Assembly: GCA_003486785.1 (NCBI GenBank)
Contig: DNFZ01000090.1
Coordinates: 1 to 34,916, forward strand
Reading direction: 5' to 3'
Length of the DNA stretch: 34,916 bases
Origin: Clostridiales bacterium
GTDB taxonomy: Bacteria > Bacillota > Clostridia > Christensenellales > CAG-138
A model generated the notes under the pieces. The model made no database searches. It had not been told where the DNA came from and saw nothing but the letters and a program-made list of their open reading frames with translations. Of the stretch, positions 10,001 through 17,002 are shown piece by piece. Position 1 is the first letter of the stretch. Each line of letters begins with the position of its first letter. Both the position numbers and the translations under genes were made by a program.

Positions 10001-11116
10001 ATGCAGGTAACGGTAGTCGATAAGCTGCACGAGTCATCGGAGGATAACATTCTTACGCTCATCGAGAGCGGCAAGATCGACTACATCCTCTCCACTTCGT
10101 CCAAGGGAAGATTGCCTTCGCGGGACAGCGTGAAGATCCGCAGAAAGGCCATCGAGCGCGCGGTACCTTGTATCACCTCGGTGGATACCGCAAACGCGCT
10201 GGTGGACAGCCTGTTAAGCCGCTATTCCGAGCACAGCACGGAGCTGGTGGACATCAACCACATGCGCACGCAAAAGATGCGCCTGCCGTTTACCAAGATG
10301 AATGGAACCAGCAACGACTATATCTACTTTGACTGCATGGAGCAAAACATTGATGCGCCGGAGTCGCTGAGCGTCTATCTTTGCGAAGCGCACGCGGGCA
10401 TCGGCGGGGACGGCATCATACTCATCGAGCCTTCCGACTGCGCGGATGCTGCCATGCGCGTCTTCAACCGCGACGGCAGCGAGGGCAGGATGTGCGGCAA
10501 CGGCATCCGCTGCGTGGGCAAATACCTCTACGACAACGACATGACCAAGCGAACCGAACTCACCATCGAGACAAAGAGCGGCATCAAGCACCTCAAGCTC
10601 TACGTGCGCGGCGGAAAGGTGAAGTCCGTCACTGTGGACATGGGAAAGGCGGAGCTGCGGCCGGAGCACATCCCTGTCCGGCTCAGCGGGGACAAGATCG
10701 TCTCGCGCCTCGTCGAAATCGACGAGCAAACCTACAACATCACCTGCGTCTCGATGGGCAACCCGCACTGCGTGGTGTTCTGCGACTATCCCGACCTGCT
10801 GGACATCGAGAAGATCGGCCCCGTGATCGAAACCGCGGCGATCTTCCCGGATCGCGTGAATGTCGAGTTTGTGCAGGTGCTGGATCGCCACACGCTCAAG
10901 ATGCGTGTTTGGGAGCGCGGCAGCGGGGAGACGCTCGCCTGCGGCACGGGCGCGTGCGCCGCGGTGGTGGCTGCAATCGAGAACGGACTGTGTGACATGG
11001 GCGAGGACATCACCGTCCGTCTGCGCGGCGGCGATCTTCTGGTGCGCTATACCAATGAAACCGTCTGGATGACAGGTGATGCGAAGAAAAACTTTGAAGG
11101 CTTCGTAGAGCTGTAA
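7070..11116 (+). CDS. carB: Carbamoyl-phosphate synthase large subunit (aa 1-1069) fused in frame, without stop or linker, to a complete diaminopimelate epimerase (aa 1070-1348, nt 10277-11116)
   Basis: AAGGAG RBS.
- CarB part: two ATP-grasp halves ([21 protein letters not shown] and [20 protein letters not shown]) and an MGS-like allosteric domain. It ends ...[10 protein letters not shown].
- DapF part: begins [19 protein letters not shown] and carries both catalytic Cys motifs ([20 protein letters not shown]).
- There is no in-frame stop at the junction. Confidence 0.85.
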   Translation: [1348 protein letters not shown]

Positions 11117-11128
11117 CGAGGGAACGCA

Positions 11129-11162
11129 AAAAGCGCTTGGTTTTTTCCCAAGCGCTTTTGTG
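11129..11162. terminator. Bidirectional rho-independent terminator between convergent carB-dapF and the ABC exporter operon
   Basis: AAAAGCGCTTGG (11129-11140), 7-nt loop, CCAAGCGCTTTT (11148-11159). The GC core is flanked by an A-run and a T-run, so it can act on both strands. Confidence 0.8.
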
Positions 11163-11176
11163 TTGCTGTGTGTTTG

Positions 11177-13051
11177 TTACGCGGCCTCAAACTGGCTGTT
11201 GTACAGCTCGGCATAAAAGCCGCCTTTTTCGAGCAGTTCCTTGTGGCTGCCGCTTTCGATGATGTCGCCGTCCTTCATCACAAGGATGAGGTCTGCGTTC
11301 TTGATCGTCGAGAGGCGGTGCGCAATCACAAACGACGTTCTACCGCTGGTGAGGCGATCCATCGCGGCTTGCACCATGCGCTCCGTGCGCGTATCGACGG
11401 AGCTGGTCGCCTCGTCTAGAATCAGCAGCGGCGCGTTTTGAATCATGGCGCGCGCGATGGTCAAGAGCTGCTTCTGTCCTTCCGAAAGGCTCGCCTTGTC
11501 GTTGAGCACGGTGTCATAGCCGTCCGGCAGCGTCTTGATGAAGCGGTGGAGCCCGACGGTCTTGCAGGCCTCTTTGACCTGCTCGTCCGTGACATCCGGC
11601 TTGCTGTAGACGATGTTTTCGCGGATCGTGCCCTCAAAGAGCCACGTATCCTGCAAAACCATGCCAAACTGCGCGTGTACGTTTTCACGCGGGACGCGCT
11701 GAATCGGGATGTTGTCGATCTGAATCTCGCCGCCGTCCAGCTCGTAAAAGCGCATCAGCAGGTTGACCATCGTGGTTTTCCCCGCTCCGGTGGGGCCGAC
11801 GATTGCGACCTTCTGCCCGGGTTTCACGGTGGCAGAGAAGTCGTGGATGACGGGCTTGCTGGGCGAATATCCAAACCTCACGTGGTCAAACGAGACGCTG
11901 CCTTCGATGCACTGCAGCATGGGCTTTTTCTCGTCCTCGCGCGCCAGCTCCGGCTCGCCCAGCAGCGTGAAGACGCGCTCGCTTGCGGCGGCGGTGCGCT
12001 GGAGATTGTTCATCGCCTGCGCAATCTGCGACAGCGGCTGGGTAAAGAGCCGGATGTACATCATGAACGCGACGATCACGCCAAACGTGATGGTTCCCTG
12101 CACCGCCAGCGCAGCTCCCACGACGCAGACCGCTACGTAGCCAAGGTTGCCGACAAAGGCCATGATCGGCATCATAAGCCCCGATAGAAACTGGGACTTC
12201 CAGGCGCTTGTGTAGAGCGATGCGTTGCTTTTTTCAAACACCTGCTTCGCTTCACGGCTGCCGTTGTAGACCTTGACAATGTTGTGCCCGGTGTAGACCT
12301 CTTCGATGTGCCCATTGATCTTGCCGAGTTCCTTTTGCTGCTCGGAGAAGTACTTTTGCGAGTGCTTCATGATCACCATCATCAGCACGAAGCCGATGAG
12401 GCTTGCGCCGATGGCGGTGAGCGCGAGAATCCAGCTGTTGTAGAGCATCATCACGAGCGAACCGAGTAGCATCGTAATGGCAGTGATCAGTGTGCCGAGG
12501 CTCTGGTTCAGCGTCTGCCCGATGGCGTCCACGTCGTTGGTCACGTGGCTGAGCACATCGCCATAGCTGGTTGCGTCGAAATATTTCAGCGGCAGACGGT
12601 TGATCTTCTGCGAGATATCCGTGCGCATCCGCTTGGAGATGCGCTGCGTCACGACCGCCATAATCTGGCTCTGCAGGAGGTTGAGCAGGAACGAAAACGC
12701 ATATAGTGCAGCAAGCGCCAGCGCGATTGTGGAAATGGCGCCCATGTCGATTGTGCCCAGCACAGGCTCTCCGTTGACCAGGGACGGAAGTCCGTTCATG
12801 ATCTCGTTGGTCAGGGCTTTGAGCCGATCCGGCCCTACGATCTGGAGTATGGTTCCGCCCACCGCCGCAACCAGCGCAATCAGGATAGCGGAGATATATT
12901 TCTTGCAATAGGCAAGCAGCTTTTTCATGGTCGCGCTGAAGTCCTTGGGCTTCTCCACGGGCATGCTCATGGCGCGCCCGGGACCGCCGCCCATACCGCC
13001 GCGTCCGTATTCATTCGCTCTCGGGCGCGATTCTTCTCTGGTGTCGCTCAT
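11177..13051 (-). CDS. ABC exporter half-transporter (TMD-NBD), consensus-site subunit of a heterodimeric multidrug-type exporter
   Basis: Six-TM domain followed by an NBD. The NBD has Walker A GPTGAGKTT, canonical Walker B LLILDEATSSVD and switch His (IAHRLST), but a deviant signature, LSEGQ. The ATG overlaps the upstream gene stop (ATGA), with GAGGAGGAA upstream. Confidence 0.9.
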   Translation of the reverse strand: MSDTREESRPRANEYGRGGMGGGPGRAMSMPVEKPKDFSATMKKLLAYCKKYISAILIALVAAVGGTILQIVGPDRLKALTNEIMNGLPSLVNGEPVLGTIDMGAISTIALALAALYAFSFLLNLLQSQIMAVVTQRISKRMRTDISQKINRLPLKYFDATSYGDVLSHVTNDVDAIGQTLNQSLGTLITAITMLLGSLVMMLYNSWILALTAIGASLIGFVLMMVIMKHSQKYFSEQQKELGKINGHIEEVYTGHNIVKVYNGSREAKQVFEKSNASLYTSAWKSQFLSGLMMPIMAFVGNLGYVAVCVVGAALAVQGTITFGVIVAFMMYIRLFTQPLSQIAQAMNNLQRTAAASERVFTLLGEPELAREDEKKPMLQCIEGSVSFDHVRFGYSPSKPVIHDFSATVKPGQKVAIVGPTGAGKTTMVNLLMRFYELDGGEIQIDNIPIQRVPRENVHAQFGMVLQDTWLFEGTIRENIVYSKPDVTDEQVKEACKTVGLHRFIKTLPDGYDTVLNDKASLSEGQKQLLTIARAMIQNAPLLILDEATSSVDTRTERMVQAAMDRLTSGRTSFVIAHRLSTIKNADLILVMKDGDIIESGSHKELLEKGGFYAELYNSQFEAA

Positions 13052-14808
13052 GCGGACAGTTCCTCCTCACTCAGCTGCGACATGGCAATCTCTTTGTATA
13101 CGTCGCATGTTTTCAGCAGTTCTTTGTGTGTGCCGTTTCCTGCGATCTGGCCCTCGTTGAGCACGATGATCCGGTCGGCGTCGAGTATGGTGCCGATGCG
13201 CTGGGCCACGATCAGGCTGGTTACGCCCGCCGTTTCGCGCCGGAGCGCGGTTCTCAGCGCGCGGTCTGTCTTATAGTCCAGCGCGGAGAAGCTGTCGTCA
13301 AAGATATAGATCTCGGGCTCTCTTGCAACTGCGCGGGCGATGGCGAGGCGCTGTTTTTGCCCGCCGGAGAGGTTGGAGCCGCCCTGCGCGATCTCCGCGT
13401 CGTATGTTCCATCCATCTGCTCGACGAAGTCCGCGCCTTGCGCGATGCGCATCGCGGCGGCGATTTCGTCCACGTTTGCGCTCTCCTTGCCGTTGTCGCC
13501 GTAGGCGATGTTGCTTTTGACCGTGCCGCGGAACGTGACCGCCTTTTGCGGCACATAGCCGATCTTGTTGTGCAGCGCGTCCTGCGTGTATTGCCGGACA
13601 CTGATGCCATCCACCAGCACCTCGCCCGCCGTCGCGTCGTAAAAGCGGGGGATGAGGTTGATGAGTGTGGTTTTGCCGCTGCCGGTGGAGCCGATGAACG
13701 CGACGGTTTCGCCGCGTCTTGCGATGAAACTGATATCGCTCAGCACGTCGTCCACCGCGCCGGGATAGCGGAAGCTCACGTTGCGAAACTCGATCTCGCC
13801 GCGTTTACCCGCTTCGCCTTCGGTCTTCGTTCCGTCGATGATGGAAGGCTTGGTTTCGAGTACCTCGTTGATGCGCTTGGCGGAGACGGAGGCGCGCGGC
13901 CATAGAACGAAGATCAACACCAGCATCATAAACGACATGATCACCTGCATGGCATAGGCGGAGAAGACCACCATGTTGGAAAACAGCGTGAGCCGGTCCA
14001 TCAGCCCCGCGCTGTTGATGAGTATTGCGCCGATCCAGTAGATTGCGAGGGTCAGCGCGCTCATGAGTGTGGAGATAATCGGCATCATGATCGCCATACC
14101 GCGGTTGGTGAAGAGCTGCGTGGCGGTGAGCTCCGTGTTTGCGACCTCAAACTTCTGTTCCTGATACGGTTCTGCGTTATAAGCGCGCACCACGCGAAGG
14201 CCGGTGAGGTTTTCGCGGGTCACGCGGGTGAGGTTGTCTGTCAGGGTCTGCATCTGGCGGAATTTCGGCAGCACGAGCGTCATCATCACGGAGATAACCG
14301 CGATCATGATCAGCACGGTAACGCCTGTGGCAAGCGACCATTCGAGGCCTTTTCCTGCGATCTTGCCCACGGCCCAAATCACCATGATGGGGGCTTTGAT
14401 GATCATCTGCAGGCCCATTGTGATGAGCATCTGCACCTGGGTTATGTCGTTGGTGGAGCGCGTGATCAGGCTGTCCGTCGAAAAGCGGTTGATCTCTTCC
14501 ATGGAGAACGAGTCCACCTTGGAGAAAAGCTGGCTGCGGATGCGCTGTGAAAACGAGGCTGCGATGCGCGCGGCAAGAAAGCCTACGATCACCGCCGAGG
14601 CGACACTGCCCAGTGCGCAGAGCAGCATGCTTCCGCCCGCAAGCCAGATATCGGAGATCGCGCTGCCGGGGGTTTGCGTCAGCCGCGTGATTTCGGACAT
14701 GTAGTCCGGCAGTTTGAGATCCAGCCAGACCTGCGAAACGATAAACGCAAGGCTGATGAGCGCCTGCAGCCACTCGGCTGCCTTCATGCGCTTGAGTAAA
14801 CGAAACAT
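13048..14808 (-). CDS. ABC exporter half-transporter (TMD-NBD), degenerate-site subunit of the heterodimer
   Basis: Walker A GSTGSGKTT and canonical signature LSGGQKQRLAIARA. Walker B is IYIFDDS (catalytic Glu replaced by Asp) and the switch region is IVAQRIGT (His replaced by Gln). AAGGAG RBS upstream of the ATG at 14808. Confidence 0.9.
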   Translation of the reverse strand: MFRLLKRMKAAEWLQALISLAFIVSQVWLDLKLPDYMSEITRLTQTPGSAISDIWLAGGSMLLCALGSVASAVIVGFLAARIAASFSQRIRSQLFSKVDSFSMEEINRFSTDSLITRSTNDITQVQMLITMGLQMIIKAPIMVIWAVGKIAGKGLEWSLATGVTVLIMIAVISVMMTLVLPKFRQMQTLTDNLTRVTRENLTGLRVVRAYNAEPYQEQKFEVANTELTATQLFTNRGMAIMMPIISTLMSALTLAIYWIGAILINSAGLMDRLTLFSNMVVFSAYAMQVIMSFMMLVLIFVLWPRASVSAKRINEVLETKPSIIDGTKTEGEAGKRGEIEFRNVSFRYPGAVDDVLSDISFIARRGETVAFIGSTGSGKTTLINLIPRFYDATAGEVLVDGISVRQYTQDALHNKIGYVPQKAVTFRGTVKSNIAYGDNGKESANVDEIAAAMRIAQGADFVEQMDGTYDAEIAQGGSNLSGGQKQRLAIARAVAREPEIYIFDDSFSALDYKTDRALRTALRRETAGVTSLIVAQRIGTILDADRIIVLNEGQIAGNGTHKELLKTCDVYKEIAMSQLSEEELSA

Positions 14809-14870
14809 GGGACACTCCTTACTATCATAATATTGAAATACGATGTTCTAGCAATCAGACGAAGCGTGTT

Positions 14871-15320
14871 TCACTTGATTGCAGAGTCGTTTCTGAAGAA
14901 TTCTTCCGGCGGGTGCTCGGCGATTCGCTTCAGGATGCGCAAAAACTCCAAAGAATCCGTCTCGCCGAGGTTTCTGAGCATGCGCTCAAGCATGCCCATG
15001 ATCATGTTTTCATGCTCATTTTGTTGCGCGCGTCCGGCGTCGGTCAGCTCCACAAGAATGCGGCGGCGGTCCCGCTCGTCGATGCGGCGGGTGATCAGTC
15101 CTTTGGATTCGAGGCTGCCCAGCGCCGCTGCGATGCGCGCCGTGCTGATGCCCATCTCCTTGCTGATCTCGCTGGGGATGGCGCGGCCGCCGTGCATGGA
15201 TAGAAATTTGAGCACAAAGTGCTCACCGCGCATGGAGTCCGTTATTTTGTCCTGATTATTGCGTCTGCGCAGTTGATGGAGCGTCACCATATACTCGCGC
15301 GCGAGCGATTGATAGTCCAT
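14871..15320 (-). CDS. MarR-family transcriptional regulator
   Basis: Winged-helix core: ISTARIAAALGSLESKGLITRRIDERDRRRILVELTDAGR. I prefer the ATG at 15320 (MDYQSLAREY...), which has GGAGGTG 7 nt upstream, over the GTG at 15338 that opens the ORF. Confidence 0.88.
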   Translation of the reverse strand: MDYQSLAREYMVTLHQLRRRNNQDKITDSMRGEHFVLKFLSMHGGRAIPSEISKEMGISTARIAAALGSLESKGLITRRIDERDRRRILVELTDAGRAQQNEHENMIMGMLERMLRNLGETDSLEFLRILKRIAEHPPEEFFRNDSAIK

Positions 15321-15344
15321 TTTGCTCACCTCCGCCACAAATTG

Positions 15345-15373
15345 CTAACAGTGTTAATAATACACCCTGTTAG
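15345..15373. promoter_or_regulatory. Inverted repeat; candidate MarR operator overlapping the marR promoter
   Basis: CTAACAG (15345-15351), N15, CTGTTAG (15367-15373). The arms extend imperfectly (TAACAGtgt / acacCCTGTTA). It spans the -10 and spacer of the predicted promoter, the usual position for MarR autorepression. Confidence 0.45.
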
Positions 15374-15384
15374 ACAAAAGTCAA
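15357..15384 (-). promoter_or_regulatory. Candidate sigma-A promoter of the marR-ABC exporter operon
   Basis: On the minus strand: TTGACT (15384-15379), 16-nt spacer, TATTAT (15362-15357). Confidence 0.5.
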
Positions 15385-15514
15385 GCGGGGAAATTGTGAA
15401 AAAATGTGGCACAATGCAAAGTGTGTTTTCATAAGCAGTCTTATGGGCGACAAAGACGCAGGGTCTCGATCGCGCGGCGATCCGGCAGAAAACGGCGCAG
15501 TTGAAACAGGCGCG

Positions 15515-15543
15515 TTGCTCGACGGGGGCGGATAGGATACAAT
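15515..15543 (+). promoter_or_regulatory. Candidate sigma-A promoter for the hydroxyacid dehydrogenase gene
   Basis: TTGCTC (15515-15520), 17 nt, TACAAT (15538-15543); about 58 nt upstream of the ATG at 15602. Confidence 0.35.
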
Positions 15544-15601
15544 ATTGATGCAAGAAGAAGGGCGCTCGCTAGGGCGCGCTTCAAACAGGGGAAAAAACCG
15601 A

Positions 15602-16561
15602 ATGATAAAAATCGTGGTTCTGGATGGATATACGCTCAATCCCGGCGATCTGCGCTGGGATGCACTCGAGGCGCTCGGCGAAGTGACGGTATACGACCGC
15701 ACGCCGGCGGATGAGATCCTGTCGCGCATTGGTGATGCCGACGCGGTTTTGACCAACAAAACCCCGCTTTCGGCGGAGACGTTGGCTAGATGCCCAAGCG
15801 TTAGATACATTGGCGTGCTCGCCACGGGCTACAACGTTGTGGATACGCTTGCTGCGAAATCGCGCGGCATTCCCGTGACCAACATCCCATCCTACGGCAC
15901 AGCGGCGGTGGGGCAGTTTGCCATCGCCATGCTGCTGGAGATCTGCCATCATGTTGCGCATCACAGCGAAGCGGTGCACGCGGGACGCTGGAGCAGCAGC
16001 CTCGACTTTTGCTTCTGGGATTATCCGCTCATAGAGCTTGCGGGAAAGACCATGGGCATCATCGGCTTTGGCCGCATCGGTCAGCGCACGGGCGAGATCG
16101 CCAGGGCGCTCGGCATGCGCGTGCTGGCGCAGGATGCATATCCAAACGACGCGGGCCGCGCCATCGGCAGCTATGTCGAGCTGGACACGCTCTACAAAGA
16201 ATCGGACGTCATCAGCCTGCATTGTCCGCTCTTTCCGGAGACAAAGGGCATGATCAACGCGCAGTCCATCGCGAAGATGAAAAGCGGCGTGATCCTGCTC
16301 AACAACAGCCGCGGTCCGCTCATCGTGGAGCTGGATCTGGCGGACGCGCTCAACAGCGGCAAGGTGTTTGCCGCGGGGCTGGACGTGGTCAGCGAAGAAC
16401 CCATCCGCCCGGATAACCCGCTGCTTTTTGCAAAAAACTGCATCATCACGCCCCATATCAGCTGGGCGCCAAAGGAGAGCCGCCAGCGCCTGATGGACAC
16501 GGCGGTGGAAAATCTCTCCGCCTGGCTGAACGGTGAAATGCAAAATATCGTGAATGGGTAA
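15602..16561 (+). CDS. D-isomer-specific 2-hydroxyacid dehydrogenase (glycerate/hydroxypyruvate reductase-like)
   Basis: MIKIVVLDGYTLNPGDL... N-terminus, NAD-binding GIIGFGRIGQRTG, catalytic region LNNSRGPL...D...HISW. The upstream part of ORF 15545.. looks like non-coding readthrough. Confidence 0.88.
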   Translation: MIKIVVLDGYTLNPGDLRWDALEALGEVTVYDRTPADEILSRIGDADAVLTNKTPLSAETLARCPSVRYIGVLATGYNVVDTLAAKSRGIPVTNIPSYGTAAVGQFAIAMLLEICHHVAHHSEAVHAGRWSSSLDFCFWDYPLIELAGKTMGIIGFGRIGQRTGEIARALGMRVLAQDAYPNDAGRAIGSYVELDTLYKESDVISLHCPLFPETKGMINAQSIAKMKSGVILLNNSRGPLIVELDLADALNSGKVFAAGLDVVSEEPIRPDNPLLFAKNCIITPHISWAPKESRQRLMDTAVENLSAWLNGEMQNIVNG

Positions 16562-16583
16562 AGAAGCGCATTTTTCACAAAGA

Positions 16584-16612
16584 CTGTCCGAGAACTTTTC
16601 GGGCAGTTTTTT
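16584..16612 (+). terminator. Rho-independent terminator after the dehydrogenase gene
   Basis: CTGTCCGA (16584-16591), 7-nt loop, TCGGGCAG (16599-16606): 8 bp including one G-U pair, followed by TTTTTT (16607-16612). Confidence 0.7.
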
Positions 16613-16838
16613 GATTGTGCACAGAATCGATCAAATGGATAGCAGTTATTTTGATTTTACGGAGAATCACTCAAATGGATAGCAGTTTTTTGATTGTGCG
16701 CAGAATCGCTCAAATGGAAAGCAGTTTTTTAATTGTACGGAGAATCGCTCAAATGGATAGCAGTTATTTTGATTGTGCGCAGAATCGATCAAATGGATAG
16801 CAGTTATTTTGATTTTCGGAGAATCACTCAAATGGATA
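16613..16838. repeat. Non-coding tandem direct repeat array: about 5.7 copies of a 39-40-bp unit in two alternating variants
   Basis: Unit coordinates and lengths:
- 16613-16652 (40 bp)
- 16653-16691 (39 bp)
- 16692-16730 (39 bp)
- 16731-16770 (40 bp)
- 16771-16810 (40 bp)
- 16811-16838 (truncated)

Conserved core: AGAATC-NN-TCAAATGGATAGCAGTT-W-TTTT. Odd units begin GATTGTGCRCAG and even units begin RATTKTACGGAG, giving a ~79-bp higher-order period. A degenerate remnant follows to about 16860. Confidence 0.9.
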
Positions 16839-16882
16839 TATGAAGAATACTCAAAATATATGCGGATACTTGTGCGATCTTC

Positions 16883-16911
16883 TTTACAAACGACACTTGC
16901 TGTGCTAAAGT
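16883..16911 (+). promoter_or_regulatory. Candidate sigma-A promoter of the GntR gene, and possibly of the whole pur operon
   Basis: TTTACA (16883-16888), 17 nt, TAAAGT (16906-16911). The palindrome at 16920-16945 lies immediately downstream of the predicted start site. Confidence 0.3.
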
Positions 16912-16919
16912 CTACTCTG

Positions 16920-16945
16920 TTGGTACTACAAATTGGTAGTACCAA
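16920..16945. promoter_or_regulatory. Perfect palindrome; candidate GntR/HutC-family operator
   Basis: TTGGTACTAC (16920-16929), AAATTG, GTAGTACCAA (16936-16945): 10-bp perfect arms. It has the GT...AC-type symmetry that HutC/GntR operators usually show. It lies 58 nt upstream of the GntR ATG. Confidence 0.5.
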
Positions 16946-17002
16946 TCAGTCGGACGATTGAGCCCGCGAAACGGAGAAAGAACAAACAGGGAGGACGCGC
17001 GC

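Noticed and set aside
16615-16800. ORFs translating the repeat array into a repetitive peptide (e.g. ...IVRRIAQMDSSF...), a possible multi-core RiPP precursor
   Set aside because: Unit lengths alternate between 39 and 40 bp, so no reading frame is maintained across the array. The ORF starts at a TTG without an RBS, and an equally long ORF exists on the opposite strand. These are repeat artefacts.
16613-16838. Possible CRISPR array
   Set aside because: The repeat units are directly contiguous, with no unique spacers between them. The units are imperfect and alternate between two variants, and no cas genes are present in the window.
16613-16838. DnaA-box cluster (oriC) or Bacillus-type PurBox array
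   Set aside because: The core AATGGATAG matches the DnaA box TGTGGATAA at only about 6 of 9 positions. AGAATCGATCAAAT matches the PurBox consensus I recall (AWWWCCGAACWWT) at only about 9 of 13. There is no dnaA/dnaN context and no PRT-type purR gene here, so both matches are too weak to claim.
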